From Candidatus Omnitrophota bacterium (GTDB lineage: Bacteria; Omnitrophota; Gorgyraeia; Zapsychrales; Fredricksoniimonadaceae): a stretch of 64,000 nucleotides of DNA. A program made the translations under genes and the position numbers. Shown here one piece after another: positions 27,970 through 36,577 of this stretch. Every line of letters begins with the position of its first letter. Positions within the stretch are counted from its first letter, which is position 1. The stretch spans positions 990 through 64,989 of the forward strand of contig CAJARJ010000014.1 of assembly GCA_903944345.1 (NCBI GenBank), in the 5' to 3' direction. A model generated the notes under the pieces. That model saw only the letters and a list, made by a program, of their open reading frames with translations, was not told the origin of the DNA and ran no database searches.

Positions 27970-29654
27970 TCTTTACTCCTTGTTTCGGCCGAAAGATATT
28001 TCAGGGAATCCTCCACAATTTCCTTGAAAACAGGACCGGCCACCACTCCACCATAATAGGCAGGATGCGGCTCATCAATAGTGACAATAATTGCAAACTT
28101 CGGATCTTCCACCGGGGCAAATCCGATAAATGAAGCCACGAACTTGCTGTGAGAATACGTCCCGCCAACGACTTTCTGCGCCGTACCCGTCTTGCCCCCT
28201 GCCGAAACATCCTTCATCTTGACCGCGCGTCCTGTCCCGTTATCAATAACCCCCTGCAAAATCAATTTAAGCCTCTGGGCGGTTTTCTCGTGCATAACAC
28301 GTGACACCATCTTGGGCCGGAATGAATGAACCACTCCCCCGTCCTGATGACGCACCATTTTTACATAATGCGGCTTCATATAAATTCCGTCATTGGCCAC
28401 CGCCGCAATCATGCCCGCCAATTGAACGGCTGTTACAGTAACTTCCTGCCCCATGGGGATAGCCCCGATTGATGTTTTTGACCAGGAAGAGACGGGTTTA
28501 AACATTCCGTTAACCTCGCCAATCATACCGATATCTGTCCTCATCCCGAAACGAAAACGCCGGCCGTATTCATAAACCTTGTCGGCTCCCAGTTTCTGGG
28601 CAATTTTGGCAAAGCCAATGTTACTGGACATCTCAACCACCCCCTGGAATGTCAGATTGCCATGCGGGTGCGCATCTTTGAGGATATGATTCGCTATCCG
28701 GTATTTTCCGTTCTCGCAAAAAATAACATCTTCCTCGTTAAATGCGCCCTCTTCCAGAGCCGCGGCCGCCGTAACGATCTTGAAAACCGATCCCGGCTCA
28801 AAAACAAAAGCCACCGCCCGATTAGTCCGGCTTTCCACACCGGTTGCGTCCGGCGCGTCCGGACGAAAAGTCGGACGATTGGCAAAAGCCAGAATTTCTC
28901 CGGTTCGAGGATCCATGACAATAACCGTTCCGGCGCGGGCATTATGTTTTGTTACCGCCTTGTCCAATGCCCTTTCAGCAATAAACTGTATTGTTTCATC
29001 AATAGTCAGAACAACATCATCCCCGTCTTTAGCCGGTAAATATTCTTTTTCGATCAGAAGATCACGTTGTCTGGCATCGCGCAAAACCTGCGCCATTCCT
29101 TTCTCACCCCGCAAATAACGGTCATACTCGTATTCGACGCCCTGCAGTCCGATATTGTCAATATTGGCAAAACCGATCACATGCGCCGCCATATTCCCGT
29201 TGGGATAAAAACGACGACTCTCTTTTACAAAAGCCGTGCCCGGCAGTTTGAGAGCCTTGATCTTCTCATAAACGTCCGCAGACAACTTTCTGGCCAGCCA
29301 AACAAAATACTTGGACTTACCCAGCTTTTCAAAAACAACAGACCGATTGAAGCCAAGAACCTTTGAAAGTTTTTCTGCCACAAGAGCCTTGTCGGCGTCA
29401 CTCATGGCACGGGGATTGGCATAGAGCGAATAAACCATGACATTCAGGGCCAGCGCCCGTCCGTTACGATCCAGAATACCGCCCCGTCTTGGCTCAAGCT
29501 CAACTGTATGATTCTGCTGCCTTTCTGCCTTGTCCGAAAGGTATCCTGACCTGAAAATCTGAATGGACGAAAGCTTGATTGTAAACAGAATCAGAAAGAA
29601 GAATATGACAGAAAAAAACAGACCGACTCGCAAGGGATGTTTGGTAAGAAACAC
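27966..29654 (-). CDS. ftsI: Penicillin-binding protein 3 (FtsI), class B transpeptidase, GTG start
   Basis: N-terminal TM anchor, then STIK- and SxN-type motifs and KTGTA. Confidence 0.9.
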   Translation of the reverse strand: MFLTKHPLRVGLFFSVIFFFLILFTIKLSSIQIFRSGYLSDKAERQQNHTVELEPRRGGILDRNGRALALNVMVYSLYANPRAMSDADKALVAEKLSKVLGFNRSVVFEKLGKSKYFVWLARKLSADVYEKIKALKLPGTAFVKESRRFYPNGNMAAHVIGFANIDNIGLQGVEYEYDRYLRGEKGMAQVLRDARQRDLLIEKEYLPAKDGDDVVLTIDETIQFIAERALDKAVTKHNARAGTVIVMDPRTGEILAFANRPTFRPDAPDATGVESRTNRAVAFVFEPGSVFKIVTAAAALEEGAFNEEDVIFCENGKYRIANHILKDAHPHGNLTFQGVVEMSSNIGFAKIAQKLGADKVYEYGRRFRFGMRTDIGMIGEVNGMFKPVSSWSKTSIGAIPMGQEVTVTAVQLAGMIAAVANDGIYMKPHYVKMVRHQDGGVVHSFRPKMVSRVMHEKTAQRLKLILQGVIDNGTGRAVKMKDVSAGGKTGTAQKVVGGTYSHSKFVASFIGFAPVEDPKFAIIVTIDEPHPAYYGGVVAGPVFKEIVEDSLKYLSAETRSKE

Positions 29655-29777
29655 AGCTGAAGTTCTCTAAATTAATTTTCGAAGTGGATATCCCGGCCCC
29701 TGGCTGAAAGGACAGAACGATTTTATTACAAACCCGCAGCTTTAGAAACACTTTTTACTGGCAAAAAAAACAACTAG

Positions 29778-29787
29778 CCCCCCCCCC
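29778..29787. repeat. C10 (G10 on coding strand) homopolymer in the unusually long 143-nt ftsL-ftsI spacer
   Basis: tagCCCCCCCCCCttgaacg, read directly. Confidence 0.6.
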
Positions 29788-29797
29788 TTGAACGCGA

Positions 29798-30157
29798 TTA
29801 ACGCGCGGCAAAAGCCAGGGCCATTTTTGAAAAGAAGCCTTCGGTCTTCTGTGCTCCGGTTTCCATCATCCTGGCAAGAGAAGAGGTTGAATCGGACGCC
29901 ACTTCGACAATATTCTTGCTGCTGACAAACTGATATTGACCGTTTTTATCCAGCAATTCCCGGCCAATATGATCCGAGGATCGCAAACGAATAATATCAT
30001 TTCTGACCCGGCCATTAATTTCCGCCAGCTGCTGGATATCCTGCTGCTTAACCTTACCTCGGTAAGCAAAAGAATAAATTTTGACCTGCAGATTAATATA
30101 CAAAACCGACATAACCGTAACCAAAACTACAATCCTCAAAAAATCGGACACTTTCAT
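29798..30157 (-). CDS. ftsL: FtsL-like small bitopic cell-division protein
   Basis: About 120 aa with one TM helix (LRIVVLVTVMSVLYINL) and a coiled-coil-like tail. It sits between rsmH and ftsI. Confidence 0.55.
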   Translation of the reverse strand: MKVSDFLRIVVLVTVMSVLYINLQVKIYSFAYRGKVKQQDIQQLAEINGRVRNDIIRLRSSDHIGRELLDKNGQYQFVSSKNIVEVASDSTSSLARMMETGAQKTEGFFSKMALAFAAR

Positions 30158-31053
30158 ACTACCCTTTCCAAACACCTTACCCGTGCACTTCTAGCCCTGG
30201 AATTTTCCACCGCTTCCTGACGCCCCGGCATCAACGGCTTTTTGGTAACCAGCCGCCCCTGATTGGTTCGCGCCAAAAGACGAAACATCTCTTTAACAAT
30301 CCGGTCTTCCAAAGAATGAAAGGCAATCACACAAAGACGCCCTCCCGGATTCAAAACTGAAAAAGCCTTCTCGATCCCTTCGCTCAAAGAATCCAGCTCC
30401 CGGTTCACCGCAATGCGCAAAGCCTGGAAGGTTCTCGTCGCCGGATGCAATGCTCCGCGCTGATAGCCTTTGGGCAGAGACCGTAAAATCAACGCGGCAA
30501 GCTCGGTTGTTGTTCGCAGTGGCGCTGACGCACGTGTCCGGATAATGGCTGCCGCGATTCTTCTGGAAAAACGCTCTTCTCCATAACGAAAAATAATATC
30601 AGCCAGCTCCCGCTCGGACATGGTATTGACCAGATCGCAGGCTGTTAACCCCTCGCCCTGGTTCATCCGCATGTCCAAAGGAGCCTCAACCCGAAAACTG
30701 AAACCGCGCTCCCCATCGTCCAACTGAAGGCTCGAAACCCCCAGATCAAACAAAACTGTATCCACCCGCGCAACCCCAAGTCCATCCAGAACCTGGGTCA
30801 TCTGACAAAAATTGGCCTGGACAATGTCCAGCCGACAGGAAACCTGCGCCAGCCGCTCTCTGGCCCTGACAATGGCCTGGGCATCCTGATCGATGCCAAT
30901 CAGTCGACCGGTCGAACCCAGCGCCTGCGCGGCCAATAATGCATGCCCGCCCAGACCAAGAGTCCCGTCCACATGCACGGTGCCAGGGCGTATGCTTAAA
31001 AGAGTCTCGACCTCAACCGGCATGACCGGAATATGCCCTGCTTCAACTGCCAT
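30154..31053 (-). CDS. rsmH: 16S rRNA m4C1402 methyltransferase RsmH (MraW)
   Basis: GHIPVMPVEVE... ...DGTLGLGGH... ...DLGVSSLQLD. Confidence 0.9.
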   Translation of the reverse strand: MAVEAGHIPVMPVEVETLLSIRPGTVHVDGTLGLGGHALLAAQALGSTGRLIGIDQDAQAIVRARERLAQVSCRLDIVQANFCQMTQVLDGLGVARVDTVLFDLGVSSLQLDDGERGFSFRVEAPLDMRMNQGEGLTACDLVNTMSERELADIIFRYGEERFSRRIAAAIIRTRASAPLRTTTELAALILRSLPKGYQRGALHPATRTFQALRIAVNRELDSLSEGIEKAFSVLNPGGRLCVIAFHSLEDRIVKEMFRLLARTNQGRLVTKKPLMPGRQEAVENSRARSARVRCLERVV

Positions 31054-31069
31054 AAAAATCGCCCTTCAA

Positions 31070-31357
31070 TCAGACTCCGGCGAAAGACATTGCTGATGCC
31101 ACAAAACTTGGAATTTTACGCTCGAGAATGGCTTGCTCAAACCCTTCCCATACCGATTCGTATTCTTCGGGATCAAGAACTTCTTCCCAATTACCTCTAA
31201 TACCGCAACGCATATAAATCTTGCGCCGATCGCGAAAAACAAGAAAAAGCCGGATCCGTCCACTTTCTTCTTCCTGGGTGGAACAAAAAACACATTCGCA
31301 ATGCGGCAACTCGACCATATGCCTGAAAACAAACTTGTGATGAATACAATTCACCAT
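31070..31357 (-). CDS. Small Cys/His-rich hypothetical protein inserted between mraZ and rsmH
   Basis: ATG at 31355-31357 is preceded by GGGGAGG at 5 nt. The product MVNCIHHKFVFRHMVELPHCECVFC... is 95 aa. Confidence 0.45.
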   Translation of the reverse strand: MVNCIHHKFVFRHMVELPHCECVFCSTQEEESGRIRLFLVFRDRRKIYMRCGIRGNWEEVLDPEEYESVWEGFEQAILERKIPSFVASAMSFAGV

Positions 31358-31394
31358 AAAGACCTCCCCGGGCAGAAAGGTTGACACACACAGC

Positions 31395-31838
31395 TCAACT
31401 CTGAATATCAAAAAGCGTTTCCGCTGTCTGTTCAAAGACCGACGCTGACTTGGTAAAGAACTCCTGCCACACGGCCCGATCCCAGATTTCGATCCGGCTG
31501 GACACCCCGATAATGACCGACTCTTCCTTGATGCCGGCAAAATCTTTTAGATACTGAGGAATAATAAAGCGTCCCTGCTTGTCGGGAATAACATCCACCG
31601 CTCCGGAGAAAAACATCCGGTTAAAAGTACGCGAGCTTTCTTTGGTAAACGAAAGTGTTTTGAGTTTCTGCTCTATTGCGCGCCACTCCGGCTCGCTAAA
31701 CATGAACACGCAACGCTCTAAACCTCTAGTAACGAAGAACTTATTAATTGACTGATCTCTGGCTGTTTCACGAAAACGCGCAGGCAGAATTAATCTGCCC
31801 TTACTGTCAAGCGCGTGCGTGTATTCGCCGTAAAACAT
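31395..31838 (-). CDS. mraZ: Transcriptional regulator MraZ
   Basis: MFYGEYTHALDSKGRLILPARFRE... with a second half-domain ...PDKQGRFIIPQYL. The ORF-track 5' extension to 31946 is unlikely. Confidence 0.85.
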   Translation of the reverse strand: MFYGEYTHALDSKGRLILPARFRETARDQSINKFFVTRGLERCVFMFSEPEWRAIEQKLKTLSFTKESSRTFNRMFFSGAVDVIPDKQGRFIIPQYLKDFAGIKEESVIIGVSSRIEIWDRAVWQEFFTKSASVFEQTAETLFDIQS

Positions 31839-31870
31839 GAGCAACTCCTCCAGCCAGGATGCCAGTAAAC

Positions 31871-31907
31871 CACTTTGTGGCACTTCCCTCCACCATCTGC
31901 CACAAGT
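31871..31907 (-). promoter_or_regulatory. Candidate MraZ operator: four GTG[G/C]N direct repeats at 10-bp periodicity, 33-70 nt upstream of the mraZ start
   Basis: Minus strand reads cttGTGGCagatgGTGGAgggaaGTGCCacaaaGTGGt. Confidence 0.4.
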
Positions 31908-32150
31908 ATATCCCTCCCCCAAGGGCTTGTCAATACTGAAAGCCACAAAACAACGTAAAAATACCGCTTTAAAAACAAAGACTCTTGCCGTCGGGATAAA
32001 TAAGAAATAACATTCCTAGTGGAGTGAAATACCAGAGAAAATGGGGAAAATTAAACGGAAATCGCGCCCCGGAACTCAATAACGACGAGTCCGTATGCAG
32101 GCAGGATATATGCCATCAAGCGAGCTTGCGAGCTGCAGAAACCGAAAAAT

Positions 32151-33090
32151 CTAATGGGGATTTCGGGCAAACCAGGCCCGAGCCGAAGATTCATCCTGAC
32201 GAATCTGGGAAACCAGATCCTCTGAACTGGAAAAACAACGATCCTCACGGATTCGGGCCAATATTTCAATATCCAGCTGACAGCCATAAATGCGGCTGGA
32301 AAAATCCAGAATATTGACCTCGACCACCACCCGCGCGGACAGACTTTTAAACGAAGGACGCCGTCCGACGTAAATCATGGACTGGTAGCGCTTGCCCCGC
32401 AGAATGACACATCCAAGATATATACCCTGCGGCGGAATGACCACATCCCCGTGCGCGATATTAGCCGTCGGGTATCCCAGCAAACGTCCCCGTCCATCCC
32501 CCTTAACAACCCGTCCGCGCAAGGTGTAAGGACGCCCCAAGAGGACACCCACTCGCGACAAATCTCCCTGCACAATACATTCGCGAATAAGGGAACTTTT
32601 AATGCCAACATCTCCTTTTAGAAGCAACTGCTCAGGGGCAACTTCAAATCCATGCAACCTGCCCAGCGCTTCAAGCTGAAGAATCGACCCTTCGCGGTCA
32701 TGGCCAAAATGAAAATCCTGACCCACTACAACCTTGAAAACGCCCAATCCGGCGCACAAATAACGCCTGACAAAATCTTCGGGAGCCATCTGGGCAAAAC
32801 GACGGGTAAAGCGCACAACCAGACAAGCCGAAACACCCAGAGCAGAAAAAAGCTCCAGCCTCTGCGGTAAATCCGTTATATAGGAATGAAAATGCCCTGG
32901 ATAAAGAACACGAACAGGGTGCGGATGAAAAGTCACCACGACACTCTTGCCGCCGGCTCTTCGGGCGTCCTCTACAGCATGCGCAATGACCCGCTGATGC
33001 CCGCAATGAACCCCGTCAAAAACACCGATGGCTGCCACGGTTTTTTTGAAAGAATTACGCAGCTGGCCAATGCCGCAAATGACCTGCATT
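32151..33090 (-). CDS. ribF: Bifunctional riboflavin kinase / FMN adenylyltransferase
   Basis: AIGVFDGVHCGHQ (HxGH nucleotidyltransferase motif) and C-terminal riboflavin kinase ...GYPTANI... Confidence 0.85.
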
Positions 33091-33723
33091 AAGATCCTCC
33101 AGAGATACCGCCTGATCAATCGTGAATGTCCCCACCCGGGTTCTGCGAATCGCCGTAATACAAGCTCCACAACCCAGCAACTCCCCGACATCCTCGGCGA
33201 TCTGCCGGACATACGTTCCCTTGGAGCAATCAAGAAAAAAACTGGCATAAGGACTGTCAAAAGAAACCAGCTCCAGGCGGTTGACCTGAACTTTACGTGG
33301 CGTACGCTCAACAACCACACCCTTGCGGGCCAACCGGTAAAGCCGTTCACCATTATGCTTGACGGCCGAAACCATGGGAGGCAATTGCTCAATAGCGCCG
33401 GTAAATTTCTTGAAAGCATCAACAAGCCCCTCACGTGTCACATGCCCGAAAGGCCGGTTCTCAAGAACATCCCCCTTGATATCCGCGCTCAACGTTTTAA
33501 GGCCCAGCTGTAAAGTCGCCTCATAGGCCTTGTCGAATCCCACAAACTTGTCAAACAGCTTGGTGGCCGGACCAACCAGTATGACCAGTACGCCTGTCGC
33601 CAGCGGATCCAGCGTTCCCGCATGCCCCACCCGCTTTGTACGAAGAATCCGGCGCACCCGGGCAACCACATCATGGGAGGTAATCCCGGATGGTTTATCA
33701 ACAACAATAATCCCCTCGGTCAT
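33055..33723 (-). CDS. truB: tRNA pseudouridine-55 synthase
   Basis: [22 protein letters not shown]... [16 protein letters not shown]. Confidence 0.9.
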   Translation of the reverse strand: MTEGIIVVDKPSGITSHDVVARVRRILRTKRVGHAGTLDPLATGVLVILVGPATKLFDKFVGFDKAYEATLQLGLKTLSADIKGDVLENRPFGHVTREGLVDAFKKFTGAIEQLPPMVSAVKHNGERLYRLARKGVVVERTPRKVQVNRLELVSFDSPYASFFLDCSKGTYVRQIAEDVGELLGCGACITAIRRTRVGTFTIDQAVSLEDLNAGHLRHWPAA

Positions 33724-34706
33724 ATCAGTTTTCCTATCGTCTTTAGTATAATTTCCCTCGAACGGGAAAGGTTTTCATCCAGATAGCCGCCACTGGCTTT
33801 CTTGTGCCCGCCGCCATTGAAACCGGAGGCCAGGCGGGCTACATCGATATCGCCGCGGCTGCGAAAATTCAGCCGGGTCCGGACTTTCCCAGCCTCTTTG
33901 GGATCCTGTTCCGTCAAAATGACAATAACCTCAAGACCATTCACAGAGCGCAGAAAATTGAAGATCTTGTCTTTCAAATCAAAAGAGCCGGAGAAACCGG
34001 CGACCTGCCTTCTGCTCAGGGACAAACAAGCCACCCGGTCATCACAAAAAAGTTCCAGCCGGCTCATAAGTTTTAAAAATGTTTTCAAATCCTGCCGGGG
34101 CAAAGTTTCGTAGACCCGACGATACAGATCACTGACCGAAAAGTCAAATTTTAAAAGATCCGCAATTATGGCATGCGTATGCGAACGGGTGGAATCAAAA
34201 CCAAAAGAGCCGGTATCCGTAAGAATGCCCAAATACAACAAAATGGCCATATCTCTTGAAAGATCAGACCCCGCTTCCTTGAAGAGCTGGCAAAGAATTT
34301 CTGACGTGGACGAATAGTCCTCCAGAACATGGTTGTAATCACCAAAAAGAGTATTGGTCACATGATGATCAATATTAATAACCTTGGCCCCATTTTCGGC
34401 AAACCTGGCAACCCGTCCGATCCGGCTGAGCTCCCCGCAATCAAGCACCACCAGGGCTTCAGGCTTGAAAGACAAATGCTTGCTCTCGTCAAACTGCTCG
34501 TAAAGCGACGCGCGTGGAACAAATTCCAGCCATTGCGGACAAACGTCACTGTTAAAGACCCTGACTTTCTTACCGCGGGCTTTAAGAAAAAGCGCCATGG
34601 AAAGCGCGGAAGCCACCGCGTCCGGATCAGGGTGAACATGCATGGTTACGACAAAACGGGAATAGCGTTCAAAAGCCGAAAGCACCGACCGCAGCGAATT
34701 CTTCAT
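33720..34706 (-). CDS. nrnA: DHH/DHHA1 phosphoesterase, NrnA-like oligoribonuclease / pAp phosphatase
   Basis: INIDHH motif and DHHA1 [10 protein letters not shown]. Confidence 0.8.
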   Translation of the reverse strand: MKNSLRSVLSAFERYSRFVVTMHVHPDPDAVASALSMALFLKARGKKVRVFNSDVCPQWLEFVPRASLYEQFDESKHLSFKPEALVVLDCGELSRIGRVARFAENGAKVINIDHHVTNTLFGDYNHVLEDYSSTSEILCQLFKEAGSDLSRDMAILLYLGILTDTGSFGFDSTRSHTHAIIADLLKFDFSVSDLYRRVYETLPRQDLKTFLKLMSRLELFCDDRVACLSLSRRQVAGFSGSFDLKDKIFNFLRSVNGLEVIVILTEQDPKEAGKVRTRLNFRSRGDIDVARLASGFNGGGHKKASGGYLDENLSRSREIILKTIGKLI

Positions 34707-35143
34707 AAATCATCCTTCTTTGGATCCTGATCATCGCTCGGCTGCACGGCTTCCGGCCCCAACCGGGACTCCCTCTCGGAGCGAATATCTTCCAGTTTAA
34801 CCGACATACGGAAGTTTTCCAAGACAGAACTGTCATATACAAACTTCAGCTGCGGCATATAACGAACCTCCACCCTGTCAGCAAGCAAACAACGCATACG
34901 CCCGCTGGCAGAGGAAAGGCCATTTAACGCAGCCTGAATCGCAGAAGGTCCGTCATTAAGAACGCTAAATCCTACATGGGCCCAGCTTAAATCCTTGCTG
35001 ACATCCACATAAGTAATCGTGACCGATGATACGCGCGGATCGGTGATCTCCCCCATAAGAATAAGGCGACTGATTTCGCGTTTAAAAACCTGATTTATAC
35101 GGTCCATTCGACTCATAATCCTGCTCCTTGAATTCGGGCGCAT
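34703..35143 (-). CDS. rbfA: Ribosome-binding factor A
   Basis: RINQVFKREISRLI... ...VTITYVDVSKDLSWAHV. Confidence 0.85.
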   Translation of the reverse strand: MRPNSRSRIMSRMDRINQVFKREISRLILMGEITDPRVSSVTITYVDVSKDLSWAHVGFSVLNDGPSAIQAALNGLSSASGRMRCLLADRVEVRYMPQLKFVYDSSVLENFRMSVKLEDIRSERESRLGPEAVQPSDDQDPKKDDL

Positions 35144-35169
35144 CTTTTTGTAGCCCGTGTACGATACCC

Positions 35170-36057
35170 TTATGCCCTGGGATGAAAATCCTTGTGCACC
35201 CCCCGCAAGCGCTCACGGTCCACATGCGTATAAATCTGCGTTGTCGATATATCCGAATGGCCCAGCATTTCCTGAACACTGCGCAAATCCGCTCCGTGCG
35301 ACAACAGATGCGTTGCAAAGGTATGCCGCAACGTATGTGGTTTGATGCCCGCCTTTAGTCCGGCTTTGCGAACATAAAACTTGATGATCTTCCAGACACC
35401 CTGACGCGTCATTCCCTTGCCCAATCGGCTGACAAAAACATGCGAAGACATTCTTCCTCTTAAAATTTTCGTCCTGGCGTCATTCATATAATCCAGCATT
35501 GCCTGGCGGGCTTTGCTGCCAAAAGGCACCAGACGCTCCTTGCTGCCCTTGCCCAGGCAACGAACTACCCCGACTTCAAAATTAACCCTGTCCACTGTCA
35601 AATCTGTCAATTCGGAAACGCGCAGCCCGCTGGCATAGAACAGCTCCAATATCGCCCGGTCCCGGGCATCAATATTCTCCACTCCGGCTGCCGCAGCTAT
35701 GAGGCTGGTCACATCTTGCTGGGACATGACATCCGGTATCTTTTTCCATGCCTTGGGCGTCTCGATCAATTCGCTGGGGTCCGACCCGGACAAATTCTCC
35801 CGAACCAGAAAACGATGAAACATACGCACAGCCGAAAGTTGACGACAAATTGACGCTGTGGCATTCCCCGCTTTTTTGCGATCCTGCATAAACTCTGCAA
35901 TCATATCCCTGGTTACACCCTCGGGAGCACCGACACCTTTCTTGTCCGCCAAAAACAAAACATAGGCCTCCAAGTCTCGCGCATAAGAAACAAGGGTATT
36001 CTTCGACAGTCCTCTCTCGACGGAAAGATGCCCGATGAACTCCTTGGCAAGGCTCTT
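35170..36057 (-). CDS. Tyrosine site-specific recombinase XerC/XerD
   Basis: ...LSKNTLVSYARDL... and catalytic HTLRHTFATHLLSHGADLRSVQEMLGHSDISTTQIYTHV. Confidence 0.8.
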   Translation of the reverse strand, partial: KSLAKEFIGHLSVERGLSKNTLVSYARDLEAYVLFLADKKGVGAPEGVTRDMIAEFMQDRKKAGNATASICRQLSAVRMFHRFLVRENLSGSDPSELIETPKAWKKIPDVMSQQDVTSLIAAAAGVENIDARDRAILELFYASGLRVSELTDLTVDRVNFEVGVVRCLGKGSKERLVPFGSKARQAMLDYMNDARTKILRGRMSSHVFVSRLGKGMTRQGVWKIIKFYVRKAGLKAGIKPHTLRHTFATHLLSHGADLRSVQEMLGHSDISTTQIYTHVDRERLRGVHKDFHPRA

Positions 36058-36061
36058 CATA

Positions 36062-36577
36062 TCAGTCCTGCAAGGCCTCTTGCAGCATTCTTGGACGAAA
36101 AGACGTACGGATCGCGCGCTCCAGCTTGCCCAAATCCTGACGGATACGGTCATAACGCCGCCTGGCACTGGTCTGCTGCAAATCTTTCTCCATCTGGGCC
36201 AACTGTCCGGACATCTCCTTGAGCTGCTGCCTGAGAGCTTCATCATCCAGCTCCTGGGCCATCAAGTCCAGACGGACCGTCATTTCAGCCAGCAAATAAC
36301 GCTCACGCTTATCGTTTTCTCCCCGGCCTATAATCTGCAGCAGATCAGAAAAATATGCCTGCAGCATTGTGTAATGCATCTGATAAACTTCCCGGGAAGA
36401 TCTGGTTACGGGAGCATACTCGACAGGCTCCAGCAAAGGAACAATCTCCTCCGATTTCTGCGGCCCCTTGGGCTTGCGAATAAACTTTTTGCGCAGACCT
36501 GTACAGCCCGACAAAGACACCGTCAAAAATACAAATACTGCCAGCGTAAACAGAAAATATTTTGAATTACGTGTCAT
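36062..36577 (-). CDS. Hypothetical lipoprotein (lipobox LSGC) with coiled-coil region
   Basis: MTRNSKYFLFTLAVFVFLTVSLSGC... Confidence 0.5.
   Translation of the reverse strand: MTRNSKYFLFTLAVFVFLTVSLSGCTGLRKKFIRKPKGPQKSEEIVPLLEPVEYAPVTRSSREVYQMHYTMLQAYFSDLLQIIGRGENDKRERYLLAEMTVRLDLMAQELDDEALRQQLKEMSGQLAQMEKDLQQTSARRRYDRIRQDLGKLERAIRTSFRPRMLQEALQD

Noticed and set aside
31395-31946. ORF-track mraZ start at 31946
   Set aside because: The conserved MraZ N-terminus (MFYGEY.., matching E. coli MFRGAT..) begins at 31838. The longer start would bury the putative operator repeats inside coding sequence.
32024-32317. 97-aa + strand ORF in the mraZ upstream region
   Set aside because: It overlaps the 3' end of ribF on the opposite strand, has no ribosome-binding site, and its sequence is not protein-like.
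35170-36057. Tyrosine recombinase as a marker of a mobile element
   Set aside because: It is full-length XerC/D-like, sits in a housekeeping context (rbfA-truB upstream, ligA downstream), and no attachment-site repeats or phage or IS genes are nearby.
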